Shown in pieces: positions 1 to 8,828 of a stretch of DNA of 32,000 nucleotides. The translations under genes and the position numbers were made by a program. The stretch is from a bacterium. Lineage in GTDB: Bacteria; Babelota; Babeliae; Babelales; RVW-14. Location: the NCBI GenBank assembly GCA_016699045.1, contig CP064957.1:911862-943861 (forward strand), written 5' to 3'. The notes beneath the pieces were generated by a model. It was not told where the DNA came from. It searched no databases and worked only from the letters and a program-made list of their open reading frames with translations. Positions within the stretch are counted from its first letter, which is position 1. The number at the start of each line of letters is the position of its first letter.

Positions 1-454
1 CTAAAACTTTAAGACCATCAAGTTTGAGAGTCTTGCGTTCCAAGTGGTCATTGATACGGCCCGGTGTACCAATGATAATGTGTACGCCGCGTCTCAGTGC
101 AGAAATTTGAGCGTTGATAGGCATGCCGCCACAAATGTGTTCAATAACAATGCCGGTACCTTTTGAAACATTTTTAAGGCTTTCATAGATTTGCAAAACA
201 AGTTCGCGTGTTGGTGCCATAACCAAGCCTTGAACCGCCTTGTTGGTTGGGTCAATAGCGTGGATAAGTGGGATACCAAATGCTAATGTTTTGCCGGTTC
301 CGGTTTGTGCTTGTACGTGCACGTCTTGTTTAAAATTTTCGAGTAAAAGTGGAACGACGTCAGATTGTACAGGCGTTGGTGTGGAAAAGCCAAGAGTCTT
401 GAGTGCATCGTGCATTTGTGGCATGAGTAAAAAATCATCAAACGTATTATTCAC
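1..454 (-). CDS. DEAD-box ATP-dependent RNA helicase, N-terminal part (3' end runs off the window)
   Basis: Absent from the ORF track because it is open at the window edge. Reverse translation from GTG at 454 gives VNNTFDDFLLMPQMHDALKTLGFSTPTPVQSDVVPLLLENFKQDVHVQAQTGTGKTLAFGIPL..MAPTRELVLQI..IIIGTPGRINDHL. This shows a Q-motif, motif I (AQTGTGKT), Ia (PTRELV) and Ib (TPGR). A GAAGGA Shine-Dalgarno lies about 6 nt upstream of the GTG. ATG at 424 is an alternative start. Confidence 0.85.
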   Translation of the reverse strand, partial: MNNTFDDFLLMPQMHDALKTLGFSTPTPVQSDVVPLLLENFKQDVHVQAQTGTGKTLAFGIPLIHAIDPTNKAVQGLVMAPTRELVLQIYESLKNVSKGTGIVIEHICGGMPINAQISALRRGVHIIIGTPGRINDHLERKTLKLDGLKVL

Positions 455-622
455 AGTGTCCTTCGGTTTAAATTAGTAATTCTTCCAATATCAGAATCTG
501 CGAATAATGCTGAAGCTCACTCGACACATCGGATATATTCATATAGATACGGGTACCTACTATCTTATTTTACTCGACTTTGACAAAAAATACTACCGCC
601 AAATAACATATTTGTCATTAAA

Positions 623-661
623 AGAGGCCAGTGGGCCGATTCAATGGATCTATTGGCCTCT
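623..661 (-). terminator. Putative hairpin terminator downstream of the 728..1591 gene (possibly bidirectional)
   Basis: Inverted repeat AGAGGCCA (623-630) and TGGCCTCT (654-661) with a 23-nt loop, flanked by A/T runs. It lies 67 nt past the stop of the minus-strand hydrolase gene. Confidence 0.35.
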
Positions 662-727
662 TTTTAATAATTTATTCAGCGAGAAAAAAGCCTAAAAAAT
701 GGCCTTTTGTAAGCTTCGGATGTTGTT

Positions 728-1591
728 TTATAGCCATTCGTTTGCCATGATGGCTTTGTAATCGTCTTTGAATTTGGCATGATCGGGCTGATGAACGGTC
801 AAATTGCCGTTATCGACATCATTAACTACCCAAGGTTGTGCGGGCACAATGTTGCTCTTTTCAAGAATAGAGAGAATAAGGCTTGAATCTTTCAAAATGT
901 ATACGTGGGTGTCAGAATCTTGTTGTGTAATAAAATAGACATTTTCAAAGCCATTTTCTTTCAGACCATAGTACAGAGCGCATGCGCCTTGGTATGGCAG
1001 ACAGCGGTCATGGGTCGAATGAACAAGGACGATAAGAATCTTTTTATTCGTTAATTTTGCGATTGATTTGATCACTTGCATGCCTGCGGGGTCGTAGGCT
1101 GGAAATATGAATTTTTTAGCAATGCGGGGTGCTGTTGATTGAACGATCCAATCAGGCAACCAGGCCAATTGGTGGGCGTTGTGAATAATCGCGCTGTTAC
1201 CGCTGGCCATTGGTGCTTCCAAAATTAAAGCCTTGAGATTTGTTTGTGCTTCAGGATGTTTGGCTAAAAAGTTAAGTGCCGTTGCCGTTCCCTGCGATGT
1301 TGCGTGAATGATATAATCCGAATTTTTCGCATTGGCATTTTGATAACAATCTTCAAGATATTTGATGCAGTTATCTTGGCCCAAATCAATTGTTTCTTGC
1401 GCGGTTGGAATATCAACCATAAGAATCTTTTCTGGTGATACACCCACTTGCTGAGCGACATAATATTGGTTACTGCCCAAGCCGTTTTGACCAGGAATTG
1501 CAAAAATTTTATAGTCAGCGTTGGCTGCGCCATGAAGATGCGAACAAAAAAAGATTACGCCAAGAATTATTTTTTTTAGAACGTTTTTCAT
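728..1591 (-). CDS. Secreted alpha/beta-hydrolase-like protein (lipase/esterase-like)
   Basis: 287-aa ORF with a signal peptide MKNVLKKIILGVIFFCSHLHGAANA. Nucleophile-elbow-like IIHATSQGTA (A-x-S-x-G). Later HSTHD is a possible acid/His region. Confidence 0.6.
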   Translation of the reverse strand: MKNVLKKIILGVIFFCSHLHGAANADYKIFAIPGQNGLGSNQYYVAQQVGVSPEKILMVDIPTAQETIDLGQDNCIKYLEDCYQNANAKNSDYIIHATSQGTATALNFLAKHPEAQTNLKALILEAPMASGNSAIIHNAHQLAWLPDWIVQSTAPRIAKKFIFPAYDPAGMQVIKSIAKLTNKKILIVLVHSTHDRCLPYQGACALYYGLKENGFENVYFITQQDSDTHVYILKDSSLILSILEKSNIVPAQPWVVNDVDNGNLTVHQPDHAKFKDDYKAIMANEWL

Positions 1592-1713
1592 GTTTGCCCC
1601 ATTTTTTTTAAAGAAATAGTCTTTTTTTGGGATAAATCCCCCGCCAATTTCCAGTATCTCAAAAATGATAAAACTTGTAAAACGCCCGTCAGATAGATTT
1701 TTTAGGATTAATT

Positions 1714-2391
1714 TTAGATATAAGGTTCAAAGCTTTCATAATCAAGTTGCCGATGATATTCAGACAAAAGCAGCAAGGCAAATAGTGTAGCTCGGAGTAA
1801 TTTTTTTTGCTTACTTGCTACAACAAGGTTTTGTAAGCCTGTAGCTCGGTCTTTAGTGCGCAAGTTGAGATGTTGTGCGGCATCATCAATATCTTTATTT
1901 ATCGAGTATTCTGCAATCTCTTTAAGAATCCAGATGCTTGAACGGCGCCATTTGTGCCAGGCAAGTTTTTCTAGGTCTCGGTCATCGGCTGCTCGGGCAC
2001 CCATAATGCAAGCAAGTGCGAGCGGAAAAGGAATAATGCTTTTTTTTGCTTGTATTTCTGGTTCTGGTTTGTATTGATACAATAAAGAAAATAAATTTCT
2101 GACTAGTTCTCTTTCTTCATCGCAAGCTCCTTCTATGCCGGTGTTTGCTAGTGATTGATAGAGTTCCAGGAGTGGCGTTGGGGTTGTTTCTTTTTCTGTA
2201 TGTTTTAGTGTAAGGATTATTTGTTCTTGGGCGAATTTTATTCCCTCTTCATTAAAAAAATCAAGAGAGCCATCGATGGGTGTTGCGCCGATGCAAAGAT
2301 AAGGTTTTTGATAAGAACGTGCATCTTTGCTGCTGCTTGCAGTAAAAATTTTAGTACTCATCAAAAGTAACAGCACAAACATTTTTTTCAT
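1714..2391 (-). CDS. Hypothetical secreted protein
   Basis: The ORF-track ORF is 1714..2415. ATG at 2391 (MKKMFVLLLLMSTKIFTASSS) gives a canonical signal peptide. No recognisable motif. Confidence 0.55.
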   Translation of the reverse strand: MKKMFVLLLLMSTKIFTASSSKDARSYQKPYLCIGATPIDGSLDFFNEEGIKFAQEQIILTLKHTEKETTPTPLLELYQSLANTGIEGACDEERELVRNLFSLLYQYKPEPEIQAKKSIIPFPLALACIMGARAADDRDLEKLAWHKWRRSSIWILKEIAEYSINKDIDDAAQHLNLRTKDRATGLQNLVVASKQKKLLRATLFALLLLSEYHRQLDYESFEPYI

Positions 2392-2492
2392 ACAAAACCT
2401 TCTTTTTATACACAATTATCATTTGTTGTGATGACCGTACTGAAATTAAGAAAGGCAAGTCAATTGTATGGCAAAAAAGAGTGATTAACTTA

Positions 2493-3191
2493 TCACGCAA
2501 CCCAGTCTTTTATTTTTACGCACTGTTCAAGCTCTTGCACATTTTCACAACTTTCAACAATTATGCCTGCTTCAAGATAATAAACGCGATCAACCATACC
2601 ACGCACAAAGCTCATGTCCTGGCTTGAAAAGCCGATTGTCAAACCGTTGGCGGCAAGCTTTTTGAGTAACGCAATCAAGATGGTGGTGTTGGCCGGATCA
2701 AGCGAAGCGGTTGGTTCATCAAACAGCATAACGCGTGGTTGCAAGCACAAAGCACGTGCAATGGCAACGCGTTGTTGCTGGCCGCCAGAAAGTTGGTTTG
2801 GGTAGCGATTTGCAAAATCAGTCATGTCCAAATCTTGCAAACAGTTGAGCGCGCGTTGCCGCGCTTGCTCGTACGCTTGCCCATGAACAAGCAGCGGATC
2901 GATGCAATTTTCAAGAACGGTCAGTTGTGGAAACAGATTAAAATCTTGAAAGACGTAGCCAATTTCTTCAGAGCGTTGGCGTGCGGTAAGCGTAGAAAGT
3001 TTTTTATCATTCACGATAATGTTTCCGCTGGTCGGCATCATCAAGCCCGCCAAGGTTTTAAGCAACGTTGTTTTGCCCGCCCCGCTCTTGCCAATAAAGC
3101 TCGTGATGCGCCCCGCGGTTAATGAACAGGATACATTTTGTAATAACGGTTGGTTGTTGATGGCGACGGTAAGATTTTTAACGCTGATCAT
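2493..3191 (-). CDS. Polar amino-acid ABC transporter, ATP-binding protein
   Basis: Walker [13 protein letters not shown] signature LSGGQQQRV, Walker [15 protein letters not shown] at 3191 overlaps the permease stop as ATGA. The 3197 start in the ORF track is TTG. Confidence 0.9.
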   Translation of the reverse strand: MISVKNLTVAINNQPLLQNVSCSLTAGRITSFIGKSGAGKTTLLKTLAGLMMPTSGNIIVNDKKLSTLTARQRSEEIGYVFQDFNLFPQLTVLENCIDPLLVHGQAYEQARQRALNCLQDLDMTDFANRYPNQLSGGQQQRVAIARALCLQPRVMLFDEPTASLDPANTTILIALLKKLAANGLTIGFSSQDMSFVRGMVDRVYYLEAGIIVESCENVQELEQCVKIKDWVA

Positions 3192-3847
3192 GAGCAAGCC
3201 TTTCGATTAATAAGCCATGCTAAGCAATTTAACATTCCTGAAAACAGTAAATAAATAACGGCAATGGTAAGGTAGACGGGGAGTGGGTTGAGTTCGCGCG
3301 AGATGATATTCATGCCAACGCGCGTTAGCTCGGTCACGCCAATCGTGGCCAGTAGTGAGGTACTTTTGAGCAGTTGTTCCAGTTCGCCGATCAGTGGCGG
3401 TAGGGCATGTTTAAGCGCTTGTGGCGCAATAATTCTTTTAATAGTTTGTGGCAATGAGTAACCCAGCACAAAGCAGGCATCCCACTGGCCGCGCGGAATC
3501 GCATTAATCTGCGCTCGTACAATTTCGGTAACATACCCGCTTGAGCAGATTGCCAACGCGCCGGTCGCTGCAAAAAATGCTGGCAGGTTAATACCAATCA
3601 GTTGCGGCAACACAAAGTACGCTAGTAAAATCTGTACATAAACGGGGATGCCTTTTGTCACAAACGTATAAATTCTGATCGTAGCAATAATGCCGCGTGA
3701 GCCGATTTGTTGGCAGCTGATAATGCCCAGGCAGGTGCCTAGTATCATGCTGATGGTGCCGGCAAAAAGCCAGGCACCAAGCGTTACACAACTGCCGTTG
3801 AATAATAAAACACTGTAGTTTGTCAGCGCGTTCATGCTAGCCCCCAT
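3188..3847 (-). CDS. Polar amino-acid ABC transporter permease (His/Glu/Gln/Arg family)
   Basis: 219-aa multi-TM ORF lying between the SBP and ATPase genes. The alternative ATG at 3835 forms an ATGA overlap with the SBP stop. Confidence 0.85.
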   Translation of the reverse strand: MGASMNALTNYSVLLFNGSCVTLGAWLFAGTISMILGTCLGIISCQQIGSRGIIATIRIYTFVTKGIPVYVQILLAYFVLPQLIGINLPAFFAATGALAICSSGYVTEIVRAQINAIPRGQWDACFVLGYSLPQTIKRIIAPQALKHALPPLIGELEQLLKSTSLLATIGVTELTRVGMNIISRELNPLPVYLTIAVIYLLFSGMLNCLAWLINRKACS

Positions 3848-4620
3848 TTTGTTTCGAAGGTGGCGATGGCGCCGCTCTTTTTTAATTGTTCGACGGCGGC
3901 TTCAACATTACGAATCAGTTCGGTGTTATTTTTTTTGATCATGATACCGCTGCCGCGCAAAAAATCTTCTTCGTCAAGCGGCATGTCGACGATTTGAATT
4001 TCTGGATATTTTGCCTTAAATTTTTGCGCAATGGCTTGGTCAACAAATGCTGCATCAGCTTTGCCGTACTGAATGTTTAAGAGCGCATCATCGATCTTTT
4101 CTGTTGGTAAAATAAAGATGTCGCGGTATTTATTGATGATAGAACTTTGGGCTGATGTGGGCTCAACGCACACGGTCATGCCTTTCAGATCCGCCAGCGT
4201 GGTAATGCCAGCCGGAACTTTTTGCCAAAAAATAAGTGGGTTAGTTGTTTTGATTTCGGTATTTTGGTAGCTCACCATCGCAAACTTTTGTAAGCGTTCG
4301 CTGGTGATGGTCATGTCCCAGATGACAACGTCAACGGAGCCTTGTTCAAGTGTCATCAAAAGTGGTGCCATGGAACCAAGATCTTGCAGGACCAATGTTT
4401 TGCCTAGCTTTGCGGCCAGCGCTTGTGCAACATCGATATCAAAACCTTCGTAGTCGCCCTTTTCGTTCATGCTGACAAATGGCGCGTAGCCGCCTACCGT
4501 GCCAACAACCAACGTGTTCGTAGTTTGTTTTTTAGTGGTAAAACGGCATGTTGACCACGCAACTAAACTCATGCAAATGAATACAAAGCATGCAAAAAAC
4601 ATGTTAACTGAAGCTTTCAT
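3832..4620 (-). CDS. Amino-acid ABC transporter substrate-binding protein (SBP family 3)
   Basis: 262-aa ORF with an N-terminal hydrophobic signal or anchor. Typical family-3 layout (GTVGGYAPF.., DVVIWDMTITSER, GMTVCVEPTSAQ). It is the first gene of the SBP-permease-ATPase operon. Confidence 0.85.
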   Translation of the reverse strand: MKASVNMFFACFVFICMSLVAWSTCRFTTKKQTTNTLVVGTVGGYAPFVSMNEKGDYEGFDIDVAQALAAKLGKTLVLQDLGSMAPLLMTLEQGSVDVVIWDMTITSERLQKFAMVSYQNTEIKTTNPLIFWQKVPAGITTLADLKGMTVCVEPTSAQSSIINKYRDIFILPTEKIDDALLNIQYGKADAAFVDQAIAQKFKAKYPEIQIVDMPLDEEDFLRGSGIMIKKNNTELIRNVEAAVEQLKKSGAIATFETKWGLA

Positions 4621-4764
4621 GACAAAGCCTTTCGTATAAAAAAAACAGCAAGTGTGTGCACAAAAGTGTGCAAGTACTCGGCGGTTTTGGAAAACTAAAA
4701 AAATATAAACAACAACGCTTAAAGCGTTTTAACTAATTAAAAAAATGGGAATAAGTGCTCAGAA

Positions 4765-4926
4765 TTAATGAGCGCGATGATGATGAAGATGGGAATGAGA
4801 AAGTGCTTGAATAGCAACTGATGATGCTAAAGCATCGAAAGAGTTTGTGATTGAGCGAGCGTTTTGCGTGCTGCGTAACTGGCTTGCCAGTTCTTGCATT
4901 GGCGCTGCGGCGCATGTTTTCTTCAT
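4765..4926 (-). CDS. Putative small His-rich protein (53 aa), not in the ORF track
   Basis: ATG at 4926 is preceded by GAGGGA about 6 nt upstream. Translation is MKKTCAAAPMQELASQLRSTQNARSITNSFDALASSVAIQALSHSHLHHHRAH, ending at TAA 4765-4767. The 60-aa ORF 4733..4915 in the track is in another frame and looks non-coding. Confidence 0.3.
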   Translation of the reverse strand: MKKTCAAAPMQELASQLRSTQNARSITNSFDALASSVAIQALSHSHLHHHRAH

Positions 4927-5188
4927 GAGAAGTCCCTCATTGAAAAAGAATTAATAAAATCACTATTCAGCTCCAGTATACTTTTATTGAGATAATCTTG
5001 TCAAATGTGAGAAAAATGATTGGATTAATCCTAAAAAAGTGCGCAATATAATCTTTTTTAAATTATGCGTTTTCTTGGCGCAGGGCTACCCAAATAATCA
5101 ATTTGTTGAAATTTTCATAATAATTATAGTATGTACTAAAGCATGTACTAAATAAAAATAAAAGGATGCTAAATATTTATGAGGGTTT

Positions 5189-5596
5189 ATGAACCAAATA
5201 GTATCAAAGATAATCAAGGTTGTTTCGCTTTTTTTTTCTTTTTCCACACTTGTGTGTTGTGCTTTGCCGGCATTTTTAGGGCTGATGGGTTTTGGTGCTG
5301 CATTTGCAGGGCTTGTTGCTATTTTTCCATTTCTTATAACCTTAAGCAAAATTAAGATATGGTTATTTATTGCAGGCTTTATCCTTCTTGGAATTAATGC
5401 TTATTATGTTTTTTTCAAAATTCAACAAGAATGTCCTATTTCAATTTCGCCTAGTCATCAAGAACACAATTCTGGATGTGATATAGCAACTAACTTAAAT
5501 AAGACAATGTTTTTTATTTCAGCAGCGATACTTTTAATTGGTTTTTTTATGGCATATCTTGCGCTTCCATTATTTAAATTTTTGGGAATCATGTAA
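5189..5596 (+). CDS. MerT/MerF-like membrane protein with a vicinal-cysteine motif
   Basis: 135 aa and about 4 TM segments. The first TM carries LVCCALPAFLGL, comparable to the CC..P motif of MerT and MerF. A second Cys pair sits in a loop (QQECPISISPSHQEHNSGC). Confidence 0.6.
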   Translation: MNQIVSKIIKVVSLFFSFSTLVCCALPAFLGLMGFGAAFAGLVAIFPFLITLSKIKIWLFIAGFILLGINAYYVFFKIQQECPISISPSHQEHNSGCDIATNLNKTMFFISAAILLIGFFMAYLALPLFKFLGIM

Positions 5597-5612
5597 CAAA
5601 TTTAAGGTAGAC

Positions 5613-6446
5613 ATGAAAAAGATTTTTTATCTATTGCTTAGTGTCTTTTTGTTTTGCTCAAAACAACTTTGGGCGCATGAACCTCTTTTTGGGCTAGGGC
5701 CTGAGCTTATTAGGACGGGAGGTTTTGCCATTGAGGGCGAAATTGAGCATGAAAAAAGGGGTTACGAAAAGGAAACAACGGTAAATTATGACATTATGTA
5801 TGGCGTTACCGAATACCTTGCCATATCTGCAGAAATTCCTTTTTTTATTAACAAAGAAGATTTAGATGAACAAACTAATCAGATTAATAAATCAGCGGGG
5901 CTTGGAAAAATAGAAATACGAGCAAAGTTACGAATATACAAAGATTATCTGTATGGAAAAAGAGACCAAGCGGTACTCATTGGAGGCTTTAGATTGCCTA
6001 CTGTTGGTTTGCACAAAAATCCTTTCTTAGAAAATCGATTGCTTGATTTTATTATTGCACTGGCAGCTGGTAGGGAAATGCTAAAAAATAGTTACTTTGG
6101 TACTGTCGCATATGATATTAAAACACAAGCAAATGGTCTTCAAGATGGGAATGAGTTAACATTAACCCTTGCTGCTGGATTTAGACCGGAAACAGCTACT
6201 TATTACAATTTGGACTGGTTATTTTTTATTGAAATTGATGGTGTTTTTACCGCAAAAGACAGAAGCGCTGATCAAGAAGATCAAGATTCGGGTGGGTATG
6301 TATTTTTTATTGGCCCAACGATTTTTGCATCGAAAAAAAATATATTACTTAAAGCTGGTATACAGGTACCAATGATTGAGCATGTAAATGGTCAACAAGT
6401 TAAACATGATTTGCGATTTGCCGTAGGTCTTGACCTTCATTTTTAA
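5613..6446 (+). CDS. Outer-membrane beta-barrel protein (transporter-like)
   Basis: ATG at 5613 follows AAGGTAG. Signal peptide MKKIFYLLLSVFLFCSKQLWA. Alternating hydrophobic pattern and a C-terminal ..GLDLHF ending in Phe, typical of OMP barrels. Confidence 0.6.
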   Translation: MKKIFYLLLSVFLFCSKQLWAHEPLFGLGPELIRTGGFAIEGEIEHEKRGYEKETTVNYDIMYGVTEYLAISAEIPFFINKEDLDEQTNQINKSAGLGKIEIRAKLRIYKDYLYGKRDQAVLIGGFRLPTVGLHKNPFLENRLLDFIIALAAGREMLKNSYFGTVAYDIKTQANGLQDGNELTLTLAAGFRPETATYYNLDWLFFIEIDGVFTAKDRSADQEDQDSGGYVFFIGPTIFASKKNILLKAGIQVPMIEHVNGQQVKHDLRFAVGLDLHF

Positions 6447-6468
6447 ATAAATTAAGGAGATTTTTAAG

Positions 6469-7062
6469 ATGATGAACTCAATCATTATCAAAAGAACAGT
6501 TGTTTTGTATTTTTTTATTCTGATATTTGCTTCAGTACATTCCCAAATGGATAGCATAAAGCAGCCTGATGCCAAGGGAAGTGTACAAGAGCTGATTGTT
6601 AAAATTAAAGGTATGGTGTGTCCATTTTGTTCTTATAGTTTGGAAAAGGCGCTTGAAGCCTTACCCTATATTCAGAAGGTAAAAAATATTGACTTGCAAA
6701 GTGGTAAGGTTGATTTAATAATTAAGGGAAATACATCAAAATCACTTGGTGAGATTGAAAAAAGCCTTGATGATACGATAAAAAAAGCAACATTTTCTTT
6801 TGATGGCATTGATACAATCTTTGCTACCGGCGTTGTAAAAAAGGATGATTTTGGATTTTTTGCAAATGTGGTAGGATCAAAAATCTATTTGAATGATACT
6901 CATAAAAAGGGCGATACTTTATCCAAAGAAAAAGAATCACGTATGGCACATTTTGTTGATGAGAGCAGTGTGATTGAAATTATAGCACTTATTCATAAGC
7001 ATCCGGATGGTTCATTCGGAGTATCAGATCTAAAAAATATGAAGCCAGCTGTTACAGAATAG
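6469..7062 (+). CDS. Periplasmic heavy-metal-associated (HMA) domain protein with CxxC
   Basis: AAGGAGA Shine-Dalgarno, a signal peptide, and the HMA signature KIKGMVCPFCSYSLEKAL. An extra C-terminal domain of about 100 aa follows. Confidence 0.7.
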   Translation: MMNSIIIKRTVVLYFFILIFASVHSQMDSIKQPDAKGSVQELIVKIKGMVCPFCSYSLEKALEALPYIQKVKNIDLQSGKVDLIIKGNTSKSLGEIEKSLDDTIKKATFSFDGIDTIFATGVVKKDDFGFFANVVGSKIYLNDTHKKGDTLSKEKESRMAHFVDESSVIEIIALIHKHPDGSFGVSDLKNMKPAVTE

Positions 7063-7087
7063 TCTCTTATCGCGGGGAATATATATT

Positions 7088-7618
7088 ATGACAATGTTTC
7101 GAAGGGCTACGTATCTTGTTGCATTATTTACAGCTAATGTTTTATATGCCAAAGAAGAAATTAAAGAAGTCGATATAAAAATTAAAGGGCTGGTTGGATC
7201 AAGTTATATTACTGGGGTAATCAATACAGTAAAAAACATTAAAGAGGTTGAAAAAACTGCTCTTCTTGAGCTAAAAGAGGGATTATTTCGTGTCAACTTA
7301 AAAAGAGGCAATAATCTTTCTTTTGAGGACATTGAGCAGCTTCTTTTTAGGGCAGTAAAAAAGGCCGGATGTGCATGTAATCTTATGCACAATATTACAG
7401 CAACTGGAACCATAAAAGAAAATAATCAAAAACTTGTTTTCCATATCGGAACTACAAATGATACCTTTTATCTTGAAATAGACGAGCATGACCAACGGCT
7501 TAAAGAGGTTGTGCAGGAAGCTTTTAATGATCAAGTAGAGATAAAAATAACAGGGCGGGTCTATGAAAAGCCTGGACAAGTGCTTGTGATTTCTAAGATT
7601 CAGGTGTCTGAAAAATAG
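7088..7618 (+). CDS. HMA-like paralog lacking the metal-binding cysteines
   Basis: Signal peptide. IKIKGLVGSSYITGVINTVKNIKEV aligns with the HMA beta-alpha start of the upstream gene, but CxxC is replaced by GSSY. The C-terminal domain layout is similar. Confidence 0.5.
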   Translation: MTMFRRATYLVALFTANVLYAKEEIKEVDIKIKGLVGSSYITGVINTVKNIKEVEKTALLELKEGLFRVNLKRGNNLSFEDIEQLLFRAVKKAGCACNLMHNITATGTIKENNQKLVFHIGTTNDTFYLEIDEHDQRLKEVVQEAFNDQVEIKITGRVYEKPGQVLVISKIQVSEK

Positions 7619-7705
7619 ATATTTTTTAACTCTATGACTTCTTTTCCATAGGCATTTTGGTAGTGCAAAATATTTTATAAAGCTTAAATTAAAGTAGGTA
7701 AAACT

Positions 7706-8218
7706 ATGAAAAATTATTCTCTGAAGGATTTTTTTCCCATCATTATTATGTATTTGATTATCATCATTTTCGTAATTATTAAACAAATTTTATTGCCAGC
7801 CATTGAAATTTATTCATTTATACAATCAAGTATGCTTGATTTCATGGGATTCTTTTTTATTATTTTTGGTGGTTTCAAAATAATAAAATTAGGGAATTTT
7901 GCAGAAGCATATGCGATGTATGATCTTGTTGCAAAACGTAGTCGATCATATGCCTTACTATACCCATTTATAGAGGTTTCATTGGGGGCTTTGTATTTGT
8001 TGCGCTGGCAGTTATCGTTTGTTAATTTGGTTACTTTAATCTTAATGCTGATAAGTGCTGCAGGGGTCGCGCATGAATTATTGCAAGGGAAAAAAATTAT
8101 GTGTGCATGTCTTGGGACTGTCTTTAAAATTTCCATGACCTACGTAACATTATTTGAAGATCTATTAATGATACTCATGGCTGCAATAATGATTATTTCT
8201 GCATTATTTTTAGACTAA
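7706..8218 (+). CDS. MauE/DoxX-like integral membrane protein
   Basis: 170 aa and 4-5 TM segments. The conserved-looking MCACLGTVF motif resembles the C-x-C-[FL]-G motif of the MauE family. Confidence 0.5.
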   Translation: MKNYSLKDFFPIIIMYLIIIIFVIIKQILLPAIEIYSFIQSSMLDFMGFFFIIFGGFKIIKLGNFAEAYAMYDLVAKRSRSYALLYPFIEVSLGALYLLRWQLSFVNLVTLILMLISAAGVAHELLQGKKIMCACLGTVFKISMTYVTLFEDLLMILMAAIMIISALFLD

Positions 8219-8710
8219 ATATAACGGTTTTGGTGGGTAGTGCCCGGCAATAACGCTTGGCAAATAATCAGTCAAAAAAGTAGGAAAGATCGTCTCATTG
8301 CTTGTTTGGATATCTTTCAATGAAAACCAGCGCAATTCTTTAACAACATCCTGTTCTTCTGGCGTTGCGTTATCAAGAGAAACGGTGTGCTGTTGTGTTC
8401 GTGCGACTATAAATTGCTGGTAAAGGTGGATTGGTTTGCCATGAATCACCAAGTCAACTTCATTGGTCCACACCACAGGCCCGAGTTCAACTTCGTGCGT
8501 TTTAATGCCAGCTTCTTCATAAAGTTCTCGCAAGGCTGCGTCGTGCAGCGGTTCATTAGCTTCAATCTGTCCGCCAAGCGTGCACCAAAAGCGTTTATTT
8601 CTTTTGCCGGTGGGTGTGGCAATATCAAAGCTTTCGACGCGCATAAGCAAGAGCTCGTTGTTATCATTGAGCAGTAGAAAGCGAACGGTGTTTCTGATAG
8701 TCGTTTGCAT
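8210..8710 (-). CDS. Nudix hydrolase
   Basis: Nudix box GGQIEANEPLHDAALRELYEEAGI (GX5EX7REUXEEXGU). ATG at 8710; the 8728 start in the ORF track is TTG. There is a convergent 9-nt overlap with the MauE-like gene. Confidence 0.85.
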   Translation of the reverse strand: MQTTIRNTVRFLLLNDNNELLLMRVESFDIATPTGKRNKRFWCTLGGQIEANEPLHDAALRELYEEAGIKTHEVELGPVVWTNEVDLVIHGKPIHLYQQFIVARTQQHTVSLDNATPEEQDVVKELRWFSLKDIQTSNETIFPTFLTDYLPSVIAGHYPPKPLYLV

Positions 8711-8828
8711 GATTTTTTTCCGGAGCAAGTTTGTGTAATTAATTATTTTGTAAGTATGATGCTGTGAATAAAAGTAAAATTGTTAGACAAAGCAAGGCAA
8801 CATTATTTTTCATAGCAACGTTCTTGGT

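Noticed and set aside
507-695. A 62-aa plus-strand ORF in the helicase-hydrolase intergenic region.
   Set aside because: No Shine-Dalgarno, low-complexity translation, and it spans a hairpin terminator. Likely non-coding.
4716-4734. The AACGC-TTAAA-GCGTT hairpin as a terminator for the small His-rich ORF.
   Set aside because: The stem is only 5 bp and no T-run follows it directly on the relevant strand. This is too weak to call.
5179-5355. A Cys-rich 58-aa alternative frame (MRVYEPNS..FWCCICRACCY..) overlapping the start of the Mer-like gene.
   Set aside because: It lies entirely within the better-supported 135-aa membrane-protein frame. The Cys richness is a by-product of TG/GC-rich codons in the shifted frame.
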